From IMG/VR virus record IMGVR_UViG_3300033153_011579: 64,000 nt of DNA; one strand, 5' to 3'. The DNA is from a virus. Lineage: Duplodnaviria > Heunggongvirae > Uroviricota > Caudoviricetes. A program made the translations under genes and the position numbers. The notes beneath the pieces are model-generated. The model had not been told where the DNA came from, searched no databases, and saw only the letters and a program-made list of their open reading frames with translations. Of the stretch, positions 1-8,683 are shown in pieces; position 1 is the stretch's first letter; every line of letters starts with the position of its first letter.

Positions 1-92
1 TCGCGGCGAGGGAGATGGAGCTCGAGCGCATCCGAGATCATTTATACAAGAACAGGGTCGAGGATTTCATCAGGGACGCCAATGGCGACTGA
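1..92 (+). CDS. 3' end of an upstream gene that runs in from outside the window (…MELERIRDHLYKNRVEDFIRDANGD*)
   Basis: Open frame from position 3 to TGA at 90-92; overlaps integrase start as ATGGCGACTGA. Confidence 0.35.
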   Translation, partial: AAREMELERIRDHLYKNRVEDFIRDANGD

Positions 93-969
93 GCAGCTAG
101 CTGCTTTTGAGCGGTTCCTCGAGCGCGGTGCGGCCAGTGGCCGCGCGCTGAGCGCGTCGTCGATCACGACGTACATGAAGGTCGCCAAGCTGATCGTCAA
201 GGCGAAGAAGCCGGAGAAGATTCTGGTCGCCGGGCTGAGCGTTTCTACCAAGACGAAGTACGTGTCTGTGCTGCGGCACTGGGCGGCGTTCACGAAAGAC
301 GCCGAGCTGGCGGAGATGGTGAGCGGCGGACCGCAGCTACAAAAGCTGCTGAAGAACCGTGAGTCGAAACTCCCGCAGAAGATCGAGGCGTTCACCGACG
401 CCGAGGTCGACCGGTTCCTCGAAATCCTGAAGGTGGTCAAGGGTGGCGAGCCGCCGTGGGTGTGGCCGTGTGTGTCGCTCCAGCTTCATCTCGCGCTGCG
501 GGTGAGCGCGGACCTGGCCGGCGTCCGACGGGACGCCGTGGAGAGCGCGCTCGTCACGAAGAAGCTCGCGCTGATGGGAAAGCGAGAGCGGATCGACTTC
601 ATGCCGGCGGGGTTCGTGGCCGAGGAGCTGCAGATGCTTGCCGAGCTCCCAAGCTGGGAGATCGTCGCGGACCTGATGTCGCCGACGACCAGGAAGCTGG
701 GCGAGTACGCCCACCGGCAGAAGGCGTACGAGATGTACGTCAGGGCGATGCAGGTCTTGGGTCCGAAGGCGGGGATCGTCGCGACGAAGACGCATCGGTT
801 TCGCCACTGGGGGATCACGAATTTTATCAAGAAGGTGGCCAAGGGCGACATCAAGCGAGCCCAGAGGTTCGCGCGCCACGCGAGTATCGAGACGACCCTC
901 CTCTACTACAGGACGGTCGACCTCGAGGAGGACGACGCGGCCCTGGCGGAGCTGAAAGGAAGACAATGA
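82..969 (+). CDS. int: Tyrosine recombinase / integrase (XerC/D-like, 295 aa)
   Basis: C-terminal catalytic boxes HRFRHWGIT (H-x-x-R) and ARHASIETTLLYY (catalytic Tyr); N-terminal SAM-like core-binding region. Confidence 0.8.
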   Translation: MATEQLAAFERFLERGAASGRALSASSITTYMKVAKLIVKAKKPEKILVAGLSVSTKTKYVSVLRHWAAFTKDAELAEMVSGGPQLQKLLKNRESKLPQKIEAFTDAEVDRFLEILKVVKGGEPPWVWPCVSLQLHLALRVSADLAGVRRDAVESALVTKKLALMGKRERIDFMPAGFVAEELQMLAELPSWEIVADLMSPTTRKLGEYAHRQKAYEMYVRAMQVLGPKAGIVATKTHRFRHWGITNFIKKVAKGDIKRAQRFARHASIETTLLYYRTVDLEEDDAALAELKGRQ

Positions 970-1139
970 GCGACAACCACATCTACGCCCCGGGGCGCTG
1001 CGTGAGCTGTGCACAGCGACGTTGGGACATCGAAGCCAAGAAGGCGGAGTGCGCGCTGGACCGTCCGGAATTCGATGCCGGTGACGACGGGAAGCGACGC
1101 GAGTGCTGGGAGTCGGGCAACGAGGACGAGGACCGGTAA
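966..1139 (+). CDS. Small Cys-containing protein (57 aa)
   Basis: ATG overlaps int stop (ATGA); SD AAGGAAG upstream; CVSC…C…C pattern. The listed 456..1139 ORF is only real from here. Confidence 0.5.
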   Translation: MSDNHIYAPGRCVSCAQRRWDIEAKKAECALDRPEFDAGDDGKRRECWESGNEDEDR

Positions 1140-1172
1140 GAGAGTGATGAATTCTCTGACACGGAGGGGACG

Positions 1173-1730
1173 ATGAAGGTCGATATTCCAGACAACGTGA
1201 TCGAAAATCTCGTCGACGAAAAGGTCAAACAGAAAATGCGGGAGGTCGGATTCGATCTCGTAAAGTCTCTGAAAGGCTGGTTAGACCAGATCGACACTGT
1301 TGGTGAACTGTCTGCCTGGTCTACGGTGACTTACTATTTCATAGATACTTATCATCGGTTTTTCGAATTGCGGTGGGGGGAGTTTGAGCTGGATGGGCAA
1401 GCCGTCCCTCCTAAAACAGAAGTTGTCTTCGATGCTGGTTTAGACTCTGACGGTTTCGGCTTGGTCAAGCTATCGTCCGGTGAGTATGGATATTCTCAAT
1501 GTGAAAAACCGTGGATTCGTGTGAAGCCGACCGTTCACCGTTACGGCCCCGAAGAGAACCAGGTCGTCCTTGAGTATGACGAGCCGTGGTGTGATGGCAA
1601 GTGCCGGGTTCGCGTCGAAGACGGTGAACATATAACCCTCTGGCAGGAAGAAGAATTTAAAAAAGACTCAGAGGAGTTTGATGAGCTACGACAGGCCTGG
1701 GAGTCGATCATGAAACCGCCGGAAAAGTGA
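1173..1730 (+). CDS. Hypothetical protein (185 aa)
   Basis: Preceded by junction cassette (GTAAGAGAGTGATGAATTCTCTGACACGGAGGGGACG-ATG). Confidence 0.7.
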   Translation: MKVDIPDNVIENLVDEKVKQKMREVGFDLVKSLKGWLDQIDTVGELSAWSTVTYYFIDTYHRFFELRWGEFELDGQAVPPKTEVVFDAGLDSDGFGLVKLSSGEYGYSQCEKPWIRVKPTVHRYGPEENQVVLEYDEPWCDGKCRVRVEDGEHITLWQEEEFKKDSEEFDELRQAWESIMKPPEK

Positions 1731-1769
1731 CTGTAAGGGAATGCGCAATTCTCTGACACGGAGGAGCGG

Positions 1770-2021
1770 ATGAGCTACGGAAGAACACCATACTACATCC
1801 TCAACATGATCAATTCGGACTGTGTTCACTTCTGGTGTGAGCTCGGAGAGGTTCTCGTGCCACAGCGCGCTGTCGACCAGTTTTGTGTCGTCCGCGTGCT
1901 GAACCCAGACGAGCTCATCCATGCTTTTCGCTGGTTCGAGGAACAGCGCCCGGACTGGGAGGACCTCCGCGAAGACTTTGTGGCAGCGCTCCGCAAAATA
2001 GCAGACGAGATAGAACGGTAA
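1770..2021 (+). CDS. Hypothetical protein (83 aa)
   Basis: Cassette 1732-1769 immediately upstream, SD GGAGG 8 nt before ATG. Confidence 0.7.
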   Translation: MSYGRTPYYILNMINSDCVHFWCELGEVLVPQRAVDQFCVVRVLNPDELIHAFRWFEEQRPDWEDLREDFVAALRKIADEIER

Positions 2022-2054
2022 GGGAATGCGGAATTCTCTGACACGGAGGAGACG

Positions 2055-2465
2055 ATGAACAAAGCAACCAAGGCACTCAAGACTCTCCGGGCTGTAAGTC
2101 GACCAGGTAGCCCGACGCGCCAGGCTGCCGTTCTAGGGTTGGCTGAAATTGAGAGGCTACGAAAGCAACGTGACGAAGCTCGACGTGACCACGCTGTTCC
2201 GGGGATGTACGCTCTCGGCTACGCGCTGTTCTACTTCCAGTTCAGTAACCGCGATCACGACTATGGAGATCAGGTCGGCCGCGTCCACGCTCTCTGTGAG
2301 CGCTGGGTGGATCTCCGGGCACGAGAGCACGCCGCGATGCTACAGGAGTTCGACCTCAACGAAGATCCAGACGACAAGAAGTGGGAAGCCTTCCTGCAGG
2401 GGTGGGCTCCAGAGTGGGACAAGCTCCTGGAAGACATCGACGACGAGTGCGAGAACCTGTGCTGA
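2055..2465 (+). CDS. Hypothetical protein (136 aa)
   Basis: Cassette 2018-2054 upstream. Confidence 0.7.
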   Translation: MNKATKALKTLRAVSRPGSPTRQAAVLGLAEIERLRKQRDEARRDHAVPGMYALGYALFYFQFSNRDHDYGDQVGRVHALCERWVDLRAREHAAMLQEFDLNEDPDDKKWEAFLQGWAPEWDKLLEDIDDECENLC

Positions 2466-2508
2466 GGGGCTGTAAGAGAATGCGGATTTTTCTGACACGG
2501 AGGAGTTG

Positions 2509-2712
2509 ATGGAGTATTTCTCGACACTGTTTAACATCATGCTCGGCGCGCTCGGTATCTTGGGACTCCTTGTTGGAGGGGGGATCTTTATTGTGGGCAT
2601 CGCGGCGACTATAGTGGAGGAAAAGGCTAGATTCTTGTTGCTGTGCCCGATTGGATTTTTGGCCGGGTGCAGCGGATTAGCCTGGTTCGTCACGGTGGTG
2701 AAGTATCTGTAA
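2509..2712 (+). CDS. Small membrane protein (67 aa, 2 TM)
   Basis: Cassette 2471-2508; ATG at 2509 (track start 2506 is TTG); hydrophobic GALGILGLLVGGGIFIVGIAATIV. Confidence 0.65.
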   Translation: MEYFSTLFNIMLGALGILGLLVGGGIFIVGIAATIVEEKARFLLLCPIGFLAGCSGLAWFVTVVKYL

Positions 2713-2745
2713 GAGAATGTAGAGTTCTCTGACGAGGAGCGGATT

Positions 2746-3075
2746 ATGACTGTCGAAGAAACAAGCGAAGAGCTGGCGCTGGAGGGACGATCGGTGGTCA
2801 TCGAGGTGACCCGCTTTCCCAAGGGCACATCCCGCGGCCGGGTGACATCGCTCGCCGTCGGCATCGACCCCGAGGTGAAGGAGGGGGACGAGGCCGTCGA
2901 TGTGTCTCCCGCCCTCGTGGTCGACGCGCTGATCTACGCCCTGAAGCTGAACTACGACGCTGAGAGCCAGCACGGATCGGACGAGACCGCCGAGGAGTAC
3001 GTCGAGGACGTGGCGCGGATCCTGCTGTCGCAGATCGAGAACGATGAGCCGAGCTCGCTCAGGAGGGTCCACTGA
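2746..3075 (+). CDS. Hypothetical acidic protein, paralogue copy 1 (109 aa)
   Basis: Cassette upstream; ~90% identical to the 5953..6282 product. Confidence 0.7.
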   Translation: MTVEETSEELALEGRSVVIEVTRFPKGTSRGRVTSLAVGIDPEVKEGDEAVDVSPALVVDALIYALKLNYDAESQHGSDETAEEYVEDVARILLSQIENDEPSSLRRVH

Positions 3076-3088
3076 CACGGAGAAGAAA

Positions 3089-3280
3089 ATGACTATGCTG
3101 ACCGCCTATATCGTTCTGGGGGTGCTCGTGCTGGGAGCTATCGGTACCGGTATCTGGGCCAAGCTCACTGGTGATCCGGTCCCTGTGATTCTTTGCGCCC
3201 TACTGATCGCGGCGGCGGCGGCGCTGTTGAACATCCCGTCGAGCAGGTTCGCCAAGTCCAAGAAGGAGCTCGACCGATGA
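3089..3280 (+). CDS. Small membrane protein (63 aa)
   Basis: Partial cassette CTGACACGGAGAAGAAA-ATG (no inverted repeat); two hydrophobic helices. Confidence 0.6.
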   Translation: MTMLTAYIVLGVLVLGAIGTGIWAKLTGDPVPVILCALLIAAAAALLNIPSSRFAKSKKELDR

Positions 3281-3519
3281 AAAGATTCAAACTTCACCAG
3301 CGAGTCCGCGTGACCGAGGGCGAGCTCGTCGGCCGATTCGGAGCCGTCTGGCGGTGTCGTCGAGCCGATGATGCGGCATGGATCGCGATGGACGAAGACA
3401 TCCCGGAGTCGCTGCGACAGTTTCCAGCAAACGACGCACACGGCCGCGGTAACCACGTGATCCTCTGGCCGGACCAATGCGAGAGGATCACCAAAGCGCC
3501 GAAGCTGAAGGCTGTGTGA
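3277..3519 (+). CDS. Hypothetical protein (80 aa)
   Basis: ATGA overlap with upstream stop; MKRFKLHQRVRVTEGE…. Confidence 0.55.
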   Translation: MKRFKLHQRVRVTEGELVGRFGAVWRCRRADDAAWIAMDEDIPESLRQFPANDAHGRGNHVILWPDQCERITKAPKLKAV

Positions 3520-3851
3520 TGATTCGAAACGGCGACAAACCAGGTGAGCGACGGTTAGCTCTTCCGATCCACTTCCGTGGGCCGACCAGGTGCCTCGGGG
3601 TGGAGGGGACCGTCGATGACGACTACAACGTGGTTCCAGTAGGTCGAGCTCGAGCTTGCGTGCTGAAGGACCTCTGCATCCGCTATCGGGACCGAGAAGA
3701 CTATGGACCGGCGACCCCCTGGTACTCCGAGTGTCCTTACGACTGGCAACGGATGATCTGTACGGAATATCAAACTTCGTGGAGAAATCGAGGGCCGGTG
3801 ATGGACCGTTTGGTAGACATCTACGCCGCGATGCCAGCGAGGGAGAAGTAG
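3519..3851 (+). CDS. Hypothetical protein (110 aa)
   Basis: TGATG overlap with upstream gene; Cys/Trp-containing. Confidence 0.55.
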   Translation: MIRNGDKPGERRLALPIHFRGPTRCLGVEGTVDDDYNVVPVGRARACVLKDLCIRYRDREDYGPATPWYSECPYDWQRMICTEYQTSWRNRGPVMDRLVDIYAAMPAREK

Positions 3852-3853
3852 TC

Positions 3854-4339
3854 TTGGTTGAAATCACACACGACCGCCTCGTGAAAGCTGCAGCTATCTG
3901 GCTCGGCCAGAAGCATCGAGTGGTCTCCACCGAGCTCGTCTGCAGTACCGTCTCAGAGAACGCCGATGCTATCGGATGGGACGGTTACGGCAGGTGCATG
4001 GTCATCGAGTGCAAGGTCAGCCGCTCAGATTTTCTCGCCAACAAGCACAAACCACACGAGATCGTCGGTGACTCCATGGGGAACGAGCGCTGGTTCATGA
4101 CACCACCTGGTCTTGTCGAGCCAAAGGAGTTGCCGCGCAGCCACGGGCTCCTCGAGTACACGCCCAGTGGCCACGGGTCCGGCTACTTCATCCGCAAGGT
4201 CAAGAAAGCTCGGCCGCGGAAGAGGACGGTCGACCGGCTTTGGAACGAGAACCGAACACTGGTCGCCATCGCAGGCCGTGCTCTCGAGGCCGCTTCGAGG
4301 CTCAAGCCGCTCTGGCTCGGTGACGGCGAGGACGAGTAA
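3854..4339 (+). CDS. Putative PD-(D/E)xK-family nuclease-like protein
   Basis: Motif …ADAIGWDGYGRCMVIECKVSRSDF… (D…ExK); probable TTG start at 3854 with SD AGGGAG 8 nt upstream; start uncertain. Confidence 0.4.
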   Translation: MVEITHDRLVKAAAIWLGQKHRVVSTELVCSTVSENADAIGWDGYGRCMVIECKVSRSDFLANKHKPHEIVGDSMGNERWFMTPPGLVEPKELPRSHGLLEYTPSGHGSGYFIRKVKKARPRKRTVDRLWNENRTLVAIAGRALEAASRLKPLWLGDGEDE

Positions 4340-4374
4340 GAGAATGCCGGATTCTATGACACGGAGGAGTGAAG

Positions 4375-4581
4375 ATGGGCGTGCGAACAAAAAAGTTGGC
4401 TGAATGGAAACACGCTGCCATCGAGGCGTTCTACCGACTAGATAGCCTCGTCAATGACAGCGAGTGTGACAACGCAGAGGAACCATACTCCGATTGGCAG
4501 CCGTGCGAGGATGGGTGCAACTACTGTGACGATCGCGAGGCGAGGGACAGGATCGCCCAGCTCATGGCCAAGGACCAATAG
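4375..4581 (+). CDS. Small Cys-rich protein (68 aa)
   Basis: Cassette 4337-4374 upstream; C…C…CNYCD. Confidence 0.65.
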   Translation: MGVRTKKLAEWKHAAIEAFYRLDSLVNDSECDNAEEPYSDWQPCEDGCNYCDDREARDRIAQLMAKDQ

Positions 4582-4620
4582 GCTGTAAGAGAGTGATAGA
4601 TTCTCTGACACGGAGGATAA

Positions 4621-4744
4621 GTGGATCGACGGCAAGTACAAGGAATCCGGCATGGACATCGATGGCAACCTCGACCGCGAAGTTGCGATCTTCCACCTGA
4701 CCGGTAAGGGGCGGGAGGCCGCGAAAAGCGATGAGGAAAAATGA
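4621..4744 (+). pseudogene. Cassette-associated ORF with apparent frame disruption
   Basis: Cassette positions a GTG at 4621, but that frame stops after 28 Arg-rich codons. The +1 frame (…KWIDGKYKESGMDIDGNLDREVAIFHLTGKGREAAKSDEEK*) is protein-like but lacks a start. Confidence 0.3.
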
Positions 4745-4845
4745 AAGAGACAATTGTCGAAATCATGTTTGGGTATCTGTATTTTGCGTTGGGTGGGGGT
4801 GCCGTCGCCTATGTGTGGTGGATGAGTAGCACTTTTGGAGGATGA
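4741..4845 (+). CDS. Small single-TM peptide (34 aa), not in ORF track
   Basis: ATG 4741, MKETIVEIMFGYLYFALGGGAVAYVWWMSSTFGG*; fills an otherwise non-coding gap. Confidence 0.45.
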   Translation: MKETIVEIMFGYLYFALGGGAVAYVWWMSSTFGG

Positions 4846-4846
4846 G

Positions 4847-5050
4847 ATGGACAACCCCGACCTGTACTGCGTGAAGTGCTCGATCGGACTTGGCTTCGGT
4901 CCGCGCGCAACCATCGACAAGAAGGATTACTGCAACGGCTGCGCTGTCTACTTGCTACGCGCCCGCGTGGCCGAACTAGAATCTCAACCGGCGCAGACGA
5001 TGCCTGTCAAACGCACCGTGCGCGAGGCGGTGAACGATGATGTTGATTAG
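4847..5050 (+). CDS. Small Cys-containing protein (67 aa)
   Basis: SD GGAGGA 5 nt upstream; shares a YLLRARVAELE(S/A)Q segment with the 6829..7152 product. Confidence 0.6.
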   Translation: MDNPDLYCVKCSIGLGFGPRATIDKKDYCNGCAVYLLRARVAELESQPAQTMPVKRTVREAVNDDVD

Positions 5051-5339
5051 AGCAATCGGCAGCTCCCTGCTCGCAGTGGCGAGCATGACTATCCGTTGGA
5101 TTGCGGCCGACCTTCTAAGGAGTAAAGGAAAACACATGAGATCAACAACAATAGAAAAGATGTGTCAGGCAGCATCGGTACTCGACCGGGAGAAGTTTGA
5201 TGCTCTCGCCGAAGACCTTTTCGACGAACTGGCGGCTTCTACGACTCGGATGTCAGCAGCTATTCACAATTCGTACTGTCCGAAGTGCCTCGAAAAACAA
5301 CTCATAATCGACGACCTGCGGATCGTCGATCCTGACTGA
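5037..5339 (+). CDS. Hypothetical protein (alternative start 5136)
   Basis: ATGATG overlapping upstream stop; internal ATG 5136 has the better SD (AAAGGAAAA). Confidence 0.4.
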   Translation: MMLIRAIGSSLLAVASMTIRWIAADLLRSKGKHMRSTTIEKMCQAASVLDREKFDALAEDLFDELAASTTRMSAAIHNSYCPKCLEKQLIIDDLRIVDPD

Positions 5340-5418
5340 TGAGGAATGACACGTTCCTTACGAAGAAAACGAATTTTGTAAGAGAACCCCAAGATTCTCT
5401 GACATGGAGGAGATAGTG

Positions 5419-5682
5419 ATGTTCGACGATTGGTCAACTTGGCAACTAGTACTGACCGGTGTCTTCTACTTTTTTCTGTGTATGCTGATCGGATTTCTTG
5501 CCACAGCCGTCCCAGCCTGGGTGCAGCTGTGGAGGGTCAAACAAGAATGTCGGAGTCGGGTAGCTCAAGCCAATCGAAGGTTTGATCTGTCTACTCGTGA
5601 TTTGTGTAAGAGAATGTCGGTTTCTCTGACACGGAGAAGAGAATGGGAACGGAAAAAGATCAAGACAACGTCAGGCACCTGA
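5419..5682 (+). CDS. Small membrane protein (87 aa)
   Basis: Hairpin-B plus cassette-A in tandem upstream (5343-5418); N-terminal TM; ORF reads through the next cassette. Confidence 0.55.
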   Translation: MFDDWSTWQLVLTGVFYFFLCMLIGFLATAVPAWVQLWRVKQECRSRVAQANRRFDLSTRDLCKRMSVSLTRRREWERKKIKTTSGT

Positions 5683-5945
5683 ACCAGGGTGAGCAGGCTT
5701 TTGCCGATCTGATCTCTGTCCTCTCCGACGGGAAGGTCTCCCGCGTCGTGGTGGCCTACTACTGCGAGGAGGACGAGGACGAGGAAGCTGGCTGGTCCTA
5801 CGTCCGGGCCTCGAGACCACCGAGCCCCATCGGTAGCGCCATCGTAGAGGATGTTGGAGCCGCGTCCTTGTTATCCTTGTACGTCAGAGACTGGTACGAC
5901 TCCGCCATGGCGACCGAGACAACCCACGAGGTGCCGCGGAAGTGA
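5643..5945 (+). CDS. Hypothetical acidic protein (100 aa)
   Basis: Cassette 5610-5642 upstream. Confidence 0.6.
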   Translation: MGTEKDQDNVRHLNQGEQAFADLISVLSDGKVSRVVVAYYCEEDEDEEAGWSYVRASRPPSPIGSAIVEDVGAASLLSLYVRDWYDSAMATETTHEVPRK

Positions 5946-5952
5946 GGACAAG

Positions 5953-6282
5953 ATGGCTGTTGAGGAAACAACTGAAGAGCTGGCCCTGGAGGGACGCTCG
6001 GTGGTCATCGAGGTGACCCGCTTTCCCAAGGGCACATCCCGCGGCCGGGTGACATCGCTAGCCGTCGGCATCGAGCCCGACGTGAAGAATGGGGGCGACC
6101 CCGTCGATGTGTCTCCGGCCCTCGTGGTCGACGCGCTGATCTACGCCCTGAAGCTGAACTACGACGCCGAGAGCCAGCACGGGTCAAACGAGACGGCCGA
6201 GGACTACGTCGAGGACGTGGCGCGGATCCTGCTGTCGCAGATCGAGAACGACGAGCCGAGCTCGCTCATGCGGGTTCACTGA
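5953..6282 (+). CDS. Hypothetical acidic protein, paralogue copy 2 (109 aa)
   Basis: SD GAGGA upstream; near-identical to the 2746..3075 product, including the downstream partial cassette. Confidence 0.7.
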   Translation: MAVEETTEELALEGRSVVIEVTRFPKGTSRGRVTSLAVGIEPDVKNGGDPVDVSPALVVDALIYALKLNYDAESQHGSNETAEDYVEDVARILLSQIENDEPSSLMRVH

Positions 6283-6295
6283 CACGGAGGGGAAG

Positions 6296-6493
6296 ATGAG
6301 CCTGTTTTTTACGACGACAATTCGCGAGGATGTTGAGATCGAGGTCGATGTGGAGTGCTCGAGGTGTGGAGCCGCTCTCACGGCAACATCCAGAAGCGAA
6401 CACATCGGCTCCCACGATGAAAACCACCGGCTGGTGATCCACCCGTGCACCACCTGCTACCCGGTTGGCGCGACGGATACCGAGAGCTCGTAA
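6296..6493 (+). CDS. Zn-ribbon small protein (65 aa)
   Basis: Partial cassette CACTGACACGGAGGGGAAG-ATG; CSRCG…CTTC. Confidence 0.6.
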   Translation: MSLFFTTTIREDVEIEVDVECSRCGAALTATSRSEHIGSHDENHRLVIHPCTTCYPVGATDTESS

Positions 6494-6529
6494 GAGAATG
6501 TGCGTTTCTCTGACACGGAGGAGTGGCAA

Positions 6530-6802
6530 ATGAATAAAGAGAAGAAACTCAAGAAGCTCGGGATCCCAGACAAGACCGTAACCTGGGAAGAGTTCAAGGA
6601 ACTCCCGCAAACGCGTGGTGAAGGGATCTCCTTTAAAGCGCAAGGTGTTGGGGACTGGAAGGGTGAGTGGTTCTGGTTTGAGTCGCTAGGGGTGGTTGAG
6701 GTCGACCGCGCCTTGGCCGATGGCGAGGTTATCAGAGGAATGAAGGTCAACGCTGGGAACTGGCACAGGCTTGTTGTCGTTCCTCATAATTTTCCTCGCT
6801 GA
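6530..6802 (+). CDS. Hypothetical protein (90 aa)
   Basis: Cassette 6484-6529 upstream. Confidence 0.6.
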   Translation: MNKEKKLKKLGIPDKTVTWEEFKELPQTRGEGISFKAQGVGDWKGEWFWFESLGVVEVDRALADGEVIRGMKVNAGNWHRLVVVPHNFPR

Positions 6803-6828
6803 CGACCTGTAAGAGAATGGAGCGTTCT

Positions 6829-7152
6829 ATGACAGAGAAAGAGATCAAGCCGAAGATGGTGGATGGCGAGGCGGTGTGTTCTAAAAACTGTCCGCGTTAT
6901 GGGATTGAGCCATGCATGGGGCTTGTTGATTTATCCTCATGCGCCCCCTACTACCGCGCCCGTGTCGCCGAGCTCGAGGCACAGATTTCAAGAATCAGCG
7001 ATACGATCTACCGGGGTGCTCCGCTGTCGTGGGCAAAGGCTGAATTTCACGAGGTCGTGAGCGCCTGGGAGCTGGATCTCTGTATCGCTCTGAACTTATG
7101 CGGCTTCCGCGACGCCCTTGAGCATATTAAGGCGAAGAAAGATTCAGAGTAA
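6829..7152 (+). CDS. Cys-containing protein (107 aa)
   Basis: Degenerate cassette; paralogous segment with the 4847..5050 product. Confidence 0.55.
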   Translation: MTEKEIKPKMVDGEAVCSKNCPRYGIEPCMGLVDLSSCAPYYRARVAELEAQISRISDTIYRGAPLSWAKAEFHEVVSAWELDLCIALNLCGFRDALEHIKAKKDSE

Positions 7153-7185
7153 GAGAATTTTACGTTCTCTGACACGGAGAAAAAG

Positions 7186-7674
7186 ATGAAGACACAAAAA
7201 GAGATTGCAGACCGAGTGAGCAAGTTAGGCAAATCAGACTTCTTCGGGTTCAGGGCAGAGGTACTGATCGGCTACTTGGGTATGGAACTGCTGGTGCCGT
7301 TCTTGAAGGAGGGTGCCCGCAAGCGGTTTGAAGAAGACAAGGAGAATCCCTGGACTGACCCGGTTTTCACAGAAGATGAGGTCAAGAAGGACATGCTCGA
7401 CTATCTCAAATTCGCTTTTGAGAAGTGTTTAGACCACCGTGGTATCTCCGCGAACCGGAGCATCGAGAAACTCGTTGAGTGGGCGTGGATTCTGGGGAGG
7501 GACGACCTGGTGGAGTTCGCAGGAGAGGCAGGCAACTTCCGAAATTACGGTGCGCCGGTTCTAAAGAAATTCGCTGAGGGGTTCGAGATAGAGCTGCCCG
7601 AGGACGAGCGGTTTCACCGAATGGCTCGTGGAGAGCGCTGCGGAGCGGACTACGCTTGCGGTTGTAACGAGTGA
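7186..7674 (+). CDS. Hypothetical protein (162 aa)
   Basis: Cassette 7149-7185 upstream. Confidence 0.7.
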   Translation: MKTQKEIADRVSKLGKSDFFGFRAEVLIGYLGMELLVPFLKEGARKRFEEDKENPWTDPVFTEDEVKKDMLDYLKFAFEKCLDHRGISANRSIEKLVEWAWILGRDDLVEFAGEAGNFRNYGAPVLKKFAEGFEIELPEDERFHRMARGERCGADYACGCNE

Positions 7675-7712
7675 GCTTGTAAGAGAATTTTGCATTCTCT
7701 GACACGGAGAAG

Positions 7713-8054
7713 ATGATGAATCAGGATAGAGTAATCGAAATAGTGAGGGGCTGGCGGTGTCCTCACTGCTTCATGGAGTACGAGAACATTAAGGAAGCCC
7801 AGGAGTGCGATCAGCAGTGCTCCGCCTTCCTCGACGATGCTCCCCCAACTTGTGACTGGTGTGATCAGCCGGGAGAACACGAGAGTCCAGTCGAGGGGCT
7901 ACACTTTCTCATCAACTGTGGGCACTACATGTACGGTATGCATGAGGACGATAGTGGGGACGCTGAGAACGACCGCTACGAGACCGTCCAGCGGTTACGC
8001 GGTGTCGAGGCCCTTCCATGGGAGTACCCAGACGTCGGAGTGAAAGATGAATAA
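7713..8054 (+). CDS. Cys/His-rich putative Zn-binding protein (113 aa)
   Basis: Cassette upstream; CPHC…C…C…CDWCD…. Confidence 0.65.
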   Translation: MMNQDRVIEIVRGWRCPHCFMEYENIKEAQECDQQCSAFLDDAPPTCDWCDQPGEHESPVEGLHFLINCGHYMYGMHEDDSGDAENDRYETVQRLRGVEALPWEYPDVGVKDE

Positions 8055-8376
8055 GCCAGAAGAAGACTTTGGTCTCGTGGTCGAACTTCACGGCCCGCGC
8101 GTGATTCATCGGTGCCGAGACTGTGATCACAGGTTCGGGTCTCCGCCCAGGCATTGGCAATGTAAGGCGCACCCGCGTCACCTGGAAAACCCAGAATATG
8201 CTCTTCATTTGGTCGGAAGAGAGTTGGATGAAAGCGAGCTCACAGACGGATATGGGTTTTGTGACCTCATCCGTGTGGCGACACAGCCGACGTGTCCTGA
8301 GTTCGAGCCGCGTAGACCGGCGAGTGCTGGATTTGTGTCTTGGTGGAGAAGGCTGTTGGCGAAGTTCGGTCTGTAA
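8047..8376 (+). CDS. Zn-finger protein (109 aa)
   Basis: Overlaps upstream gene by 8 nt; CRDCDH…C…. Confidence 0.6.
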   Translation: MNKPEEDFGLVVELHGPRVIHRCRDCDHRFGSPPRHWQCKAHPRHLENPEYALHLVGRELDESELTDGYGFCDLIRVATQPTCPEFEPRRPASAGFVSWWRRLLAKFGL

Positions 8377-8410
8377 GAGAATTTATGATTCTCTGACACG
8401 AGATGGGTAG

Positions 8411-8650
8411 ATGAAGAAGCGAGCAAAACGAGTCGAAAGATTCCATGTGAGGTGTCCCTTTTGTGGCGATCTCGTGGACATCATGACGTCGCTCTCTTGG
8501 TGCTCTGGGTGTTTTGTCGAGTGGTACCGTACACGAGCTTGCAATTACATTTTTGATACCGAGAGGAAGACCGAGAGGTTCGTGTGGGCCAAGGCGGTGC
8601 AGAAGTCCGGAGGCATGCGGATCGCCTCAGCCAACGAGGACGATGAGTAA
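8411..8650 (+). CDS. Zn-ribbon protein (79 aa)
   Basis: Cassette 8376-8410 upstream; CPFCG…CSGC. Confidence 0.65.
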   Translation: MKKRAKRVERFHVRCPFCGDLVDIMTSLSWCSGCFVEWYRTRACNYIFDTERKTERFVWAKAVQKSGGMRIASANEDDE

Positions 8651-8683
8651 GAGAATTCAGGATTCTCTGACACGGAGGATGAG

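Noticed and set aside
337-1139. 225-aa minus-strand ORF (337..1014) and 227-aa plus-strand ORF (456..1139) over the integrase
   Set aside because: Both are alternative frames across the integrase gene. Only the last 57 codons of 456..1139 (from ATG 966) form a plausible independent gene.
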